From NCBI GenBank assembly GCA_012295275.1, contig CM022670.1, forward strand, positions 23,002,001 through 23,066,000: a stretch of DNA of 64,000 nucleotides, given 5' to 3'. The translations under genes were made by a program, and so were the position numbers. The DNA is from Chrysomallon squamiferum. Lineage: Eukaryota; Animalia; Mollusca. The notes under the pieces are model-generated. The model saw only the letters and a program-made list of their open reading frames with translations, did no database searches and was not told where the DNA came from. Of the stretch, positions 28,350-42,782 are shown piece by piece (positions within the stretch are counted from its first letter, which is position 1; each line of letters opens with the position of its first letter).

Positions 28350-28700
28350 TGGTCTACGAAACGTGTGTGTTGTGCTGTCTTGTGCTATGCTTTGCTATAC
28401 TGTGCTGTGCTATAAAATGCTTTGCTATGGTATACTACGATATTTTGTGGTATTCTATGCTATACTGTTCCATACCTTACGATAAGCAAAAGTGTACCAT
28501 GTTTTGCTTTTATGCTAAAAATATACTATACTATACTACACTATTCTATACCAATCCATATCAAAAATACTATGCTGTTCTACAATATGCCAAATCAAAA
28601 AGACCTAAATATGCGATGTTATGCTATGATATATTGTATTATACTAAACTGCTGTAATATATTATATACTTATATAAATATCAATGATATATTACAAAAT
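28350..28700. repeat. Degenerate (ATGCT/ATACT)n pentanucleotide tract
   Basis: Recurrent tgcta/tacta periodicity. Confidence 0.6.
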
Positions 28701-29747
28701 ATTATATTACGTCATTTTACATTTTATTTAAGGAAGCACTATACAACAAGAGCAGGTGATCAGTTTGGTTTCTGATGTGTCTTATTAAACTAAACATCAC
28801 AGTATAGTGGACTCTTTACAGACTAGACTAACTCTAGTGCATGCAGCAGCATTACGGAATTGTACACACAGAAAAACCTCATCAAATAACATAGTTCATT
28901 TGTTTATGCAGTCATCTGCTAATACCATTCTAATATTTGATTAATAAAATGTGTGAGTTATATGTATGCGTATAAAATTGATTTTCATTGTAGCATGTTT
29001 ATCCAAATCGCTGCAGAGAAAATTCATTATCTTTAATCTTTCATCTTAATTTTATTTTTGTTTTGATTACTTTCTGTCTTTCAACCTTTTCTTCTTCATT
29101 TCTATCCATTCTTTGTCACAATTTCTTTTTTTTCTTCTTCCTCTTCTTCTTCTTCTTTACTGATCTCTAAGATTTCCTAACAAACTCTTCAAGTCGAGGA
29201 GTTGCACTGATAAACTGAGAAGTGGAAAAAAAAAAAAAAAAAATGTTTGTCTCGAATTAGCATTCTAGCGAAATCGTTGATTAACTCGTAACCTACACAA
29301 TGACTCTGCGGGTGACTGGTGACATCACATTTATCTTTATTTATTTTCATTTCTTTCACAACCGTAATTCTCACTATTGCTGTGAGGTGATGGGGTTTCG
29401 GCGTGAAGGCTGATAGATAACTGTAAAGAAGAAGTATTTCCCAGCTCTCGTGGCGGTGGTCTATCTCTTTAATTTTGTTTCAATCACGGCGAAATAACGG
29501 CGGATCTGTTTGTCTGATAAGAAATCCAGAATAATATAAACTGAGGGAATAAATAAATAATAAATAAGAACACTGATAAGCAGTTCTTCAAGAAAACCAA
29601 ACAAACACCCGCAAAAAAAAAAAAAAATAAATAAATAAATAAATAAAATAAAATAAAATAAATAAATAAAATAAAATAAAAATAAAGAACCGGAATAAAG
29701 ATATGATTAAAAAAAAAGAAAACACCTATTAATTGTTTAATATTTAT

Positions 29748-29782
<35 letters not shown>

Positions 29783-29837
29783 AATAATACACTTATTGTT
29801 ATTATTAATAATCAAAGAAACTAATTCATATATGGTG

Positions 29838-29839
<2 letters not shown>

Positions 29840-29927
<88 letters not shown>
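29840..29927. repeat. (CT)n microsatellite
   Basis: Direct reading. Confidence 0.95.
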
Positions 29928-29930
<3 letters not shown>

Positions 29931-32442
29931 CCCTTCACTCTTCTATTTATCTGTCTCTAGCACCATCTCTCTCTCTTTCTCACACACCCATACACTTATT
30001 AAAACATTCTCTCTGTTAATATCAGAAAACTCAAATCGAATTAAATTACTGTTACCATAACATAATATAAACAAAATTCAAACAGTGAGAAACACTTAGA
30101 CGTACTTTTGTATAACATATATTTATTACATGTCGTACGCGCATATATTATCTTACACTGTGTGTGTATACTACGTGATAGTTGTATCAGATGCAATTTA
30201 ATTCAGTTTGAATCACAAATTAGTAAGAAGGAGACTATATATATATATATTTCTCTAGCTGGCGATATACGAATAAAGAGTCATATAATAAAATGATATC
30301 TTTACTCTCACCGGTAACGGCGGCTGGAAACTGGTAATGAATACTTTCTTCATTTTACGCCGACTTAAACCGCTCAGGTGTAGTCATAGTAACATATTAT
30401 TTTCATTTGCCAGCGTTCATGACCTGTCAGGCTTCTGATTGGTGACGGTGGGAGATAAAGAAACTGAAATGTTTGAATCGATCTTAGTCAATGCTGTGGT
30501 TATTGCTTATCGAATGCTTTTAACAGATTGTGCAACGCGTCGCTGATACCAGAAAATAAAACCGCTGCTCGTAGGAAAAGATTTAAGTCTCAGCTAAAGC
30601 AAAAACAACCGAATGACTTAGAGAAAGACTGGGTTATCTCTGAAAGTCGATAGAGGACACTTACAAGCAGAAGAGGCGAAGTGCTGCCTTGGATCTATCC
30701 TTAATATAAAACCCGTAATAAACACAGATAACTAACATTTATCTTTCATGCAATAAGAGTACCTGTTCGCCTAGAGATAGGTAACCTAAACCTTTTCTCA
30801 ATACAACTGCTACTACTAATACTAGTTTTACTACTGCTACTGCTACTGCTACTACTAATACTAATTTTACTACTGCTGCTGCTGTTGTATATATTCGTTG
30901 TCTTAAAATTTGTGTGAAAAGTAATTAATGTAGAAACAGTGTGATGTACCTGTTCGTGAAAATCTATCTTGATACTCAATCATGTATTTTGTACCTATTT
31001 CGAACTCAAGTTTTAGCCTCACTGTAGAGAAAATGATCGTAATCACATAATACAGGTAACATAACCTTTTTATGATGACTTTAACAAACAAACAAAAATT
31101 TATAAACAGAACTGTAGAAAGGAAACAAACCATCTGAGTTAGACTGTTACGGATTTCACTCATATTATGTAAAACAAAGTTTAAACAGGAATTTAGCACA
31201 ATAAAAACTGTCTTATATACGTAATTAAAAAAAAAGATAAAATAATCGATTTTATAATAATTATTCAGGTAAGATTATGCAGTTTATGGTTTTAACGACA
31301 ATAACAAGAGACGACATCAAGAACTTGTTGTAAGGTAATATTAATTTAACTGTGAGGACATAACAGTAACAACGTAACAAGTATTTTACTACAGTAACGA
31401 TGATGACGACAACAACAATAAGGTAGCATTTAACGACAATGGCGATGACGACAACAACAACACTACGTTGACAACTACCTAACTACAGTGTCCACAACAA
31501 CAGCATTGAGATAACATATATTTAGTGATGAAACGACAATAACAGGTAACAATTATTTAGTAATGAAGAGATCAACAACAACGTTAAATACGAATATTTC
31601 TGATACTTCTTGTCATTGACATAGTATTACTGTAAAAAAAACCCTTATTTTTCTAAGTTTATATTTCCGTTAAGTTATAACATCTCAAACCTACATAACA
31701 GTAATTTTTAATATTATCTGATTATTTTTTTTACTCCGTGATTGCCTGGAAATCAGTCCACGAATTCCACTCTTTAACTGATATTTTATTTATCAGTAAA
31801 TACTATTTCACAACGTGTCTAGAGCTCTGAAAATAACTCAGTATAATTTATGAAAATAACCCAAGTGATAAAGGGTTAACGTAAATTACTCAAGTAGTAA
31901 CGAGTTTACAATATTGACTTAAACAGAAAAGAGTTTACAATATAGACTCAGGGAGAAAAGAGTTTACGAAGTCTTATGAAAATACTGTCAGTATATTTTT
32001 TATTAATATATCTTATTTATGGTACGTTCAGGAATAAGGAATCAAACGCGAATTGAAAGTTATATGCACCAGACACTCGTGTCAGATTAGTCTGCAGAGA
32101 GGAGTTATTAATCGTTCATCTCTGTAAATTACGTACACCTGTACGAGCACGACCTTTTGACCAGTGAAGCCTGGTCCATATTTATTAAGAGTGAAAACCG
32201 TGATGACATCTAATTATTTAACACATGTTAGGTGTTTAATACATTAAGAGTTTTATAACTCCAGGCATGTTATGTAATGTTAATGATAGGCTTTATGTTA
32301 GGAAAACAGAGCATTTGGTTTTACACCGACAATTTTCTCATTGCTACTCGGTCTACAACAGCAACAATAACAACATCTACAACTGCAGCCATTACTGTTA
32401 CTGTTACTACCACCATTACCATCACTATCACTGTCTGGGATG

Positions 32443-32731
32443 GGTTGTAGGAAAAAATGGCACCCGAAAAAAAATGGCAATCGGAAAAATAGCATCCCGA
32501 AGAAACGATACTGTGCAGATTTGGAAATTTTGTTTTCTTTTTTTCTGTATAGTTGCTTTAAAAAAAAACTTAAAAGTACTTTTGAAAATACAGTTTATTC
32601 ATGCAATATTGTTACATACATGTATATTTATATATAGCATCACTCAGCCACTTGGTTTTGCTTAACAAAGTACATAATTATGTCAAAGTTTAATATTACA
32701 CATATACACATCCACATCCACATACATATAC

Positions 32732-32762
<31 letters not shown>

Positions 32763-32765
32763 CAA

Positions 32766-32850
<85 letters not shown>

Positions 32851-33485
32851 CAAATACATACATATAAAATGTATATACATAATAAATATACACACACACA
32901 CACACACATACATAGCTGTCTGAGTATATTCATACATACAGACACATTCATTCAGATGTACCTAATGTAAAAATGATATCATTCTGGAGGATATTTTAAC
33001 TGTGGTATGCGTATTTAAATTAGATACATCTGTATTTATGAACATGTCTGTATGAACATGTCTGTGTGTATGAACGTACTAGTGCATCTATATACGCGTG
33101 TAAGTATACATATATGTATGTGCGCATATATATGAATGTATGTATATATACACACACACATATACATACATATACACATATATGTTTGTATGTATGTGTG
33201 TGTGCATATGTATTTATATGTATGTGTATATGTGTAATATTAAATTCTGATATAATACTCTACTTTGTTAAGAAAAACCAAGTGGCTGAGTGATGCTATA
33301 TATGTAACAATACTGCATGAATAAACAGTATTTTCAAAAGTACTTTTAAATTTTTTGTTATCAAAGCAACTACACAGAAAAAATAAATAAAGTGCCATTT
33401 TTTCCAAATCTGCACAGTGGCATTTCTTCGGGGTGCCATTTTTTTCCGAGTGCCATTTTTTTCAGTGCCATTTTTTCCGTACCCC
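32443..33485. mobile_element. ~1-kb foldback/MITE element with long inverted arms
   Basis: Arms ~32443-32720 and ~33215-33485 are reverse complements (e.g. agcatcactcagccacttggtttt / aaaaccaagtggctgagtgatgct), with reiterated GAAAAAATGGCAC subterminal motifs. Direct repeat CTGGGATG at 32435-32442 and 33486-33493. Confidence 0.88.
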
Positions 33486-36267
33486 CTGGGATGATATTAG
33501 CAAAAAGCTAGCTGTATCAACTTGTTCATCCACATGGACATGGGTAAGCTGGCTATGATCCGTACAGAATGCTGAATATCAACACTAGTCTGTCTTCAAT
33601 CACTGACTACTGGGTTAACTGCTGGATGTGCTAAACCTTTTTATAACACAGAGTCTTAAAACGTTACTTTGAAAACAGTTTAACGACTGATCACGTAAAT
33701 TCGTATGTAGCTGAGATCTGAAAATTAAATAAATCTGAAACGTAATTTAACTGTCTGATGTACGAATTGTCTCGTGGTTTGCAGCTCTGAAATACGTTTT
33801 CTGTTGTACACGCAGACTGTTTAGCAACATAGATTTGTAAAATTATTTACTTTCAGTAAAGATTTGATGTTGTAAACTCTTATTCTTTGGTAGCATAGAG
33901 GTGTAAACTGGGCTGCACTGAAAACAAATTTGCTACTGCACTTGTAAAATTCTTTACTAACATACAATGGTAGAATATGTTATATTGAAAACAGATTTAA
34001 TGTTGTAAACCCATTCTTCAGAAGAATGTAGTTGTAAACAGTTTGAAAACAATAGGAAATACAAATCAAAGTTGTTATTTTATTCAATAAAAAATATTTA
34101 TTCGTAAATATATAAATATTTATTGTATTTATTTTAAAAATATATATGTACACAAAAACCTAAATAATAAATTTTAAAATGTGTTTTTTTGTAAAATATA
34201 TATATATTTATTTCTTTAATTATTTTTATTTTCCTCTCTTATTTAAAAAAAATTCCTGATAATATTTGTTGAAATATTAATTAATTAATTAATTAATTAA
34301 TTTGTTTGTTTATTTATTTGTCTTTTTTTTTTTTTTTTGGTCGTTTGTTTATTTTCGGTTGTATATGTGCGTGTGTGTTTTATTCCTCAGAAAAGTGTGT
34401 AGATTTCCGGATTTGTATATCCTTTTTATCTGCTCTTAATGAGGTATATATATTTTTTTCTCTATTAGTTACCTTCGTTCAGAACACGAATCTAAAAATG
34501 ACAGCTATATCTAATACAAGATTATAATATTAATAAAATGCGCATGTGTGTATCAAGTTGAACAAATTTCTGAGAAAAAAAAAAGCAACGAGAAACCAAA
34601 ACAACAGAAAAACATCATAGCTTGAAGGTTAGGCCGTTAATAGGAATACTTGTTAGGGATATGACATGTCAGAGTATAATAATACTACTGATACTAACAC
34701 TAATATTAATTTTAATAATACACACACCACCACCACCACCACCAACAACAACAATTACAGCAGTGGTAGTAGCTGTATTAATAAAGTTGTATTAACAGTG
34801 GTAGTAGCAGCAGTTTCAGTAATAATGATAATAATAATAAATACGTGTAACAACAACAATATTAATAGTTGTATTAGTAGTGTTAGCTATTTGAGCAAAT
34901 TTTAATAGTAACAATAGTAATTGTTGTAACTGTTTAGAAACTATAATAAAATTAATAAGTGACAAATCTAATTCCTTAACAACATCTGCTGCTGCTGCTG
35001 CTACTACTACTACCACTACTACTACTACTATACTACCTGTTATTCACTCATTCTTGTTTTGTTTTTTCTTGTTGTGTATTTTTACTTGGTTTCACTGTAG
35101 AAACGTTGAAATGTAAATCAACGACTGGTAATTTCGACAAAAAACACACAAATTTATGGTTATGCGACGAGGCGTGAAGAGATCAAAATCGAGGAATCCC
35201 AACATTAACAAAAGACTACAGTAATATTATGATAATGATGATGATAAAATAATAATATTAATAATGATGACGATGATAATAATAACATTAAATAATGATG
35301 ATGAGGAGGAAAATGATGATTAGTTTCATTCAAATAGAAAACATTAGTAATCAGTACATTAGTACGTTCATTTCTTCGTAAGAATCATGTGTTAACTGTT
35401 TTAATTGTATGGACAGATCTCTTAATGTCATTAAGCTTAACAAGATTTGCAGTTAGTTAGTTTTGGTATTTTTTAATTCAGTCTTTGTTTGCTGGTCTTT
35501 AATTTAAAAATAACAATGAACTGAAAAACAAATGTTAAACTAGAGGGCAAAAATATCTGAGTACAGCTTTGAAAGTTTGGAATCGCTTTTTAACAAACAA
35601 ATATTACACCTGGCCAAACCTGATCATTTTTATACCCATTCATTATTGCCGTTAGGAGAAAGATAACGTATAGCAAATTTTAAAACGAAAAGCTATCAAA
35701 TTTCTTTTTACTGCCGCTATTATTGCTGTTTTAAATCACTGTTAACATTTCGTGTATAATATCTTCTCATTACTATCTATGTTTGACTTAGTGTTAGCGC
35801 TGTTATTAAATGGCAGTTAACCGTGTACATTGTTTTCATGGCCTTTACGCTGTCTTACACTCTAGCGTTTTTATGTATAACTGCATTTTATTGTTTTACA
35901 TGTACAGTTTCAGTTCAATTTCTCTTTTACCAATATACGTAAAGTTCAGTTTTTGTTTTTGTTTTTAATGATATGTTGTTTTATGTGTGATTATAGTATC
36001 TCTGTGATGCAAAAATAATTCCTTTTTTGAACAATAAAGTATTATCTTGTTTTGACTTGCGTCGACACGAGATTTCCTCAAACATTTTCACTAACATTTT
36101 TACTTTAAGCTTTCTTATTCGCCTTTCTTTTAAGAAAATGTTGTCTGTTCTGTGTCATTAACCTTCGGTTATTGCCTTGTTTTACAGCGTCGTCGTCGTC
36201 ATCATCATCATCATCATCATCATTCCCATTATATAAGGCAACATCTTAGCAACAGCCTTCGTACAGA

Positions 36268-36328
36268 TCGGATTGTCTACGACAGCGGACTGTCTCGGAT
36301 TGTCTACGACAGCGGACTGTCTCGGATT
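36268..36328. repeat. Exact 27-bp tandem duplication
   Basis: TCGGATTGTCTACGACAGCGGACTGTC x2 plus TCGGATT. Confidence 0.9.
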
Positions 36329-36531
36329 AACATACTTAACAATATGTCGCGTGGTCGACGTCGTGGCCTACGCAGTTTTTAAATTGTATGTGTTGCAAAA
36401 TCCCAGGTTCCCGAACAGTATGCCCTGGACATATGTGCTTGCATCTTCAGAGAATTGTTGCATGTTTGAAATAAATGTAATTGTCTTGTTTGTGTAATAT
36501 ATGTTTGTATGTAGGTTTGTATAAATGTATG

Positions 36532-36570
<39 letters not shown>

Positions 36571-38048
36571 ACGTATGTCAGTATGTATTTTTCCTTTAGA
36601 AACAATTTGAATTAATTTTTAATATAACATTTCGTGATGTATTATTTATTTAAATTACAGCTGAAAAGTAAAATCTGAAAGGCTTTGCTACCTTTATTTT
36701 ATATCGATTTGTCTAAAAAAAAAAAAATAATAATAATAAGTTACCAACAAATGAACAAAAATAATACACACAGAATAAAGAAACACAATTATATTTTAAA
36801 ATATTTAAATTTGATTGAATAATCTTTCAAATTACGAAAACATGTCTTTCTTCTACACTGTATTTGTTTATGAGTTTTGAGCGAAATTCAGAGAAGATAA
36901 TCAAGGTGGGTAAGTGTTACATATATAGAATGACACGTTTTTTTGCAGTCTGTGCGTTTACTATTTTAAGATTTAATTCTGAGACCTGCAGGCTCAGTTT
37001 GTTGTCTGGCGCATTCAGAGTCGTGGTATTTTCAGTCTTATCCTGACTTTCTTTGTTTCTATTGTAATATAAAAATTAATGGTTAGCGTTGTGACGTTAA
37101 AGTGTCCTTGAAAACTGAAATGTCATTTGTTTTCTAGCATCAGTTCAGTCTCTTTGTGAGTTACTAGTACTGATCCGTGAATACTCATTCTTAAATTAAG
37201 AAATACATACGTGTACATATATTCACACACTTATGTACAGACACACACACGCACACACACACGGACACACCTACGTACACATATCTTCGTCACATACAAA
37301 AATAGATAAATACATATATACATACATACATACATACGTACATGCATACATACATACATACATACAAATATACACACAAATACACCAATATATTAAGTAA
37401 ATCAGGTCAGCTTTATCAAGATTTATTTTTTATTTCAAAATTTGAACCTGATTATCCGTGCGTCTCCATTATTTAATTGTTTTTTGTTTTTTTGTTTTTT
37501 TTTAAATTCATCATCAATAACTCTCTAAATTAGATCTCCAACAGTTCCATCTTAACTGTCAGATTATAGCTAGGTTTGGTGTATGTTTAACTTTGATGCG
37601 GTCAAACCCACAAGTGGTGTATTTCAGATTCTGGACAATAAACCATATTTCAGTCTGGCATTTCTTCATTAAGCTGTATTGATTTTATTACTTAAGTATT
37701 AAATGTCATGTCAAACAGTTTGGTCAGTTTCTGCATGGTAAATAAGTAAGAGGTATTAACTCTGTCTTACATCTTCTTGTCAAAAACAAAACAACAAAAA
37801 AATATATATATTGGAGTTTACTAAAATGTATGCTGAATGTATATATATACGTACATGTATTATACACACGTACACCCAGAGAAATATCCTTGATGGAATA
37901 GCTTTTATAAGTAATAGATAATGCATTAATACAAGCATAAATAATTGAATGAAACAGATATGCACAGTGGAACAATATAATTTAATCACTCATCTCAAAG
38001 TAATTATGCACGTTAATTAAAATCAGAATGTCGAGAGACAATGATGCT

Positions 38049-38121
<73 letters not shown>

Positions 38122-41100
38122 TCATCAACGCACAAGACCTGTTGATAAAACAGCTCAGGTGTGCTTCGATCTCTAAATCACGATATCGACTATTTCAGAA
38201 CCGTGGCGCACACACTACGACGGCTCGACGTATTTACTCCTTCCTCGGCGCTACTCCGGGCAGGCTGGTGCTACGACAGCTAACCAGAGTCACCAAGTCG
38301 GCTGCTAGCCTTTCTGGCACGGACGAGTGGGTGCGCAAAAGCAGAGTACGGAAAACAGTCACCTGAGCTCGACGCAGAAGAGACTAATCGAGACTATAAG
38401 CGGCTATTATCGAACTCGGGCGCGCCGTCACAGACGGAAACTTGCGAGCAGTAACGGTAAATGCTGATAAATGAAATCTACTGTAACAACATGGCTTTCT
38501 GTCTAATGAGATATGAGGAGACGAGTTAAATTAAGTGATGGGCACCGTACCTTGATGTGCTGTTCTTAATGAAGGGGTTGGATTTATTGTTTGTGAGCTT
38601 TATACATCATGAAACATCTGGATAAATCGCAAGCTATGTTGATAGAAAACTTAAGAGTTATCTCGGAGTACCGTCGAAAGTCCATTGCGGAAAATACAAG
38701 GTAAGTTTGTCTGTTATATTGACAAAAAAAAAATTATATAAGTAATTGTGTAAGATAAATAAAATGTAATTTAAAAAAGAGAGAAAAAAAAAGAAAAAAA
38801 AGAAAAAAGGAACGAAGCATAATATAACTAAGTGCATACAGTTAGCTTTGACAATGACATCAGAACTGCATTTAATCATGCTAATAGAACCCTTTTTCAA
38901 TGTAATTAAAGTAATGTAGGCCCATTTAAGTACATCAGCTGTTGTTTTACAAAGACAAATCAGTGTGTGTTATTTTGTCTCGTAAACATATATAGACGTG
39001 TGCAAAGATTGTTTTTTTTTTTTCTACACTTTTATGAGGAAAAGGAATTTAACAAACAGACACGAAAGCGAAGCAGGGAAATGGGAAATGACGGTTGAAA
39101 TCACGTCATCGCACCTGCACTTTTGTTGAACTGCGTGCCTGAATTAAGTCTGCATTAACAAATTTATTTAGCATTATTCATCAGTTAGCATAATATGTCG
39201 CTTCCATACTGGTGTATTCAACTTGTTCAGTATTTCTCTATTTGCTTTCGAATCACGTTCTTAAAATTTCCTGTGTTCAACTCTGATCAAGTTTCAGTCA
39301 CAAACTTAAAGGAGAGAAGAAAAAAAAAAAAAAAGAAAAGAAAAGAGAAAAAAAGAAAGAAAAAAGAAAAGAAAAAGAAATTAAAAACAAAAAAAAAAAA
39401 TGGAAAAAAAAATCTAAAAATGAAATAAACTGCATACAGATTCGTTTTGTGTCAGCGTGCACACTTTGAACTGTTTTGTTAGGTGATATGTATTTAACCG
39501 CCTCACTGTTCTTTTTGTTTGTTTCCTTTTAACGTAAGAAGATTATTCCAAGCATAAGTCACAATCGCATATTTTTTCTATTTTTTTTTTTTTTAATGAA
39601 AGTGATCGTTCAATTTTATATTAAAAAAATAAAAATTACTATTTTTTATAACTGTCTGCTTAAAAATACAAAATATCAAAGAAAAGAACCCGTCAGATCC
39701 GCCCGAAGAACACACACACATATACAGACAATAAAACAAGTCGCTGAAGTTTCCAAGTCCAGAAGTGTGACAGCTGAATACGTCAAACAACGTTTAATGT
39801 GATCTTTCTCGTCCTAAAAATTGTTATTTAAAAAGCAGTATTTTAATTTCATGATTAAAACTAGCTTCTACAAATTTCAAGTTCTGAAGTTATTAACAGA
39901 AAAGGCACTGAAAAAAAAAAAAAAAGTTGTTTGACATTTTAAATAAGTAACTTTCTAGATGAAGACTTTCCTTAGAAGCTCTTTAATAAGAATCACGTAC
40001 AGTTTGATATGACTTCCATAACAGCTGGAGCAGTACGTTATCATTAGTATTATTCATTTTGAAATCCCACGTTTTCATAGATTATGGTCTGGATTTCCAA
40101 AGTAAAGTTAATTACTCCATAAATGGTTTACAATTTCTATTTTTCAACTGTTTCACTTTCCACCCTTCATATTTTTCTCTTTATAAGATTAGCTGTATCG
40201 TGTTTTGTATACGAACATATATATATTGTAGTTAGATTCGGTACTTATTTTCGTAAAAGGTAATTTGATATATTAGAAATGTTTCAGATTTAATTTACAG
40301 GTCTAAAATATTAAATAAGTGGTCATATTAACGTTCCACGTTTATAGCAATATACACCCCTCTATCTTTCTTTTTCTCACCATCTCCTTCTTTAGTGCTC
40401 TTTCAGTTTGCCACTGTCTCTCTTTCAATAAAACTTAATTCATATTTCTTATTAATATTTTCTCTAGCCTTTTAATGTATTTGCCTTTTTTTTCATTACT
40501 ATTATTTTTATAATCAATAACCTCTGGACCATCCAAATGTTATCTAACATTGTGTATTATAATTTCTGTTTTCATACTGCGAAGGAAAACATTATTATTA
40601 ACATAAAGGAGACTATTGAAGTTAATATCTCAGTGACATGAAAGCAAGCGATCGAGAAACGCATTACTAAAACACATCTTACCGGAGATTATTAATAGTT
40701 AAAATCTACTTAATCTTTACGTTAAAACTGATTTTTGTTCTGGCTGATGAAGAAAAAAGATGCTGTTAGACCTGAGTTAATTGTTAAAAGATGGTTTCAT
40801 TAAGGCAGTGACTGTAGGTAAACAGACTTTACCTTATTCACTTATTTATTTTCAGCAGTGAAAATTACGAGACGATATCTCTTCCTTTACTTGTGTCAAC
40901 GTTTAACCACCAATGCGTGTATGCTACACTAAGTCTGAAACTAATTCGAAAGAAGAAACCGTTTTGACAATAAATACAAATTACACAAGACGAAATTCAA
41001 GTCTGATATTTTCTACAAGTGCACACTGAATTAGAATTTATGCAGTTCTCGTGAAAGCAAATTGTACTTTACGTAGTGAACACCTAATTGCCATGGCGGG

Positions 41101-41825
41101 CAGTTCCACGCGATCCAGCAGACGACACTGGCAAGTCGCACGTAATTATATTTCATCGAGTATGTTACCTGAGTGCTAATAAATTTCTATTCTCTTCCGA
41201 GATGGTTAGACTAGTTAATTAATTTATCAATTCTCTTACGTATTCTACACTTTGCATGTGACATAACAAGGGAAGGAAAAAAAAACACGCAAAAAACCCC
41301 AATAAGAGTGAATTACACTGTCAACTAGTGGCTCCTGCCTGGTCTGCCTGACTGACTAGAAGTGAGCCAGAATTACTAACAACTTGCTAACTCACTGTTG
41401 AGCAAGTCTGAGTTTATTGGAGGCTATACCGACACGAGACTCTTTTAATATTAAAACATGGATGACGACTTCATCGTGGTCATTAATGATAAGAAATCGA
41501 TGGCGTTGTCTCAGGGTGTCACTCAAATACTAATAAAGCACGCTGCAGCGACTGTTGGGGATATTAAGAAAATATGAATGTTACATAATCAACTCTGTAA
41601 TCTATCATCTCAAAACTGAACTTCTGCTTCCTCGGAATTCATCTGCATATAAATGAATACTAGACACGAACATTTTAAACTTTTAATTTATTCATGTAAT
41701 TTGTTGTAACTCAGTGATTAGGAATATTCGAATACTTAGATATTTTTTTTTTTTTCTCTCTCTCTCTGCTCTCTGAGCTATTTCCCAATACAGCAATTCA
41801 TAGTGATTGGCTTGTCAGTACTGTT

Positions 41826-41868
<43 letters not shown>

Positions 41869-42751
41869 TCTGTAAAAAAACCAACTACATTCAAATTTCC
41901 TTTCATATCATTATTATGACTGTTAATAATCGTTTGTATTAAAATATGTCGACATCAGTTCATTGACGTTAACTCGTCGTTTCACCGAGTCTTACAACGG
42001 AGCTGTTTGTGTTTGACGACGTAGACTGATGATATCTGTCTTTAATACCCGCTACTTTGACAAACAGTGGACGCTAGTTGCGTTTACACACATGTTCGGC
42101 TGTTAGACGTGTCACACAAAGCAACGGAACAGATCAGCCTTGTTAGAAAGTCCACTGAGTTTCAGATAAATGCAGGTAGATCGAGTTCTTGCATGATGCT
42201 GAAGATCTAGTTAACAGTACGGAATGTCTCGGAGAGAAAAAAAAAAGAGAACAAATAGAGGAAAAAACGACATTACCATTTTACGTGTTCTTTTCAGCTA
42301 GGCTGGGGAGTGAGGAAAAGAATGAGAGATCAATACACTTGAAAGCAAATGCTGGATGTTTTGCTAAGTGGTATTGCATGTCTCTGTCTTTTTACAAATG
42401 CATTCCATTTCTTTTAACTGGTGTTCCTGTCACTGTTTCACCAATCTTTAATGTTTAAAAAAGAATTCTTCCAGTAATGGTAACATAGGGGAAATTTGTT
42501 TTTAACACCATTTAGAAAATGGTCACAGTGATGAATAAATAACAGCAATAACTGATAATAAATAAAAGCCATAAAATTCAACAAAAAAAAAATTAAAATA
42601 AATTAAAAATAAAATAAAATACAATAAAATTAAAAAAAAAAAAAATCTTAAAACAAACCAAAAAAAAAAAAAAAATTTAAAAAGAAAGAAAAAAATAATA
42701 AATAACTAAACACATCCCATAAAAAAAGAGGAGAAAACAAAACAAAAAAGG

Positions 42752-42782
<31 letters not shown>

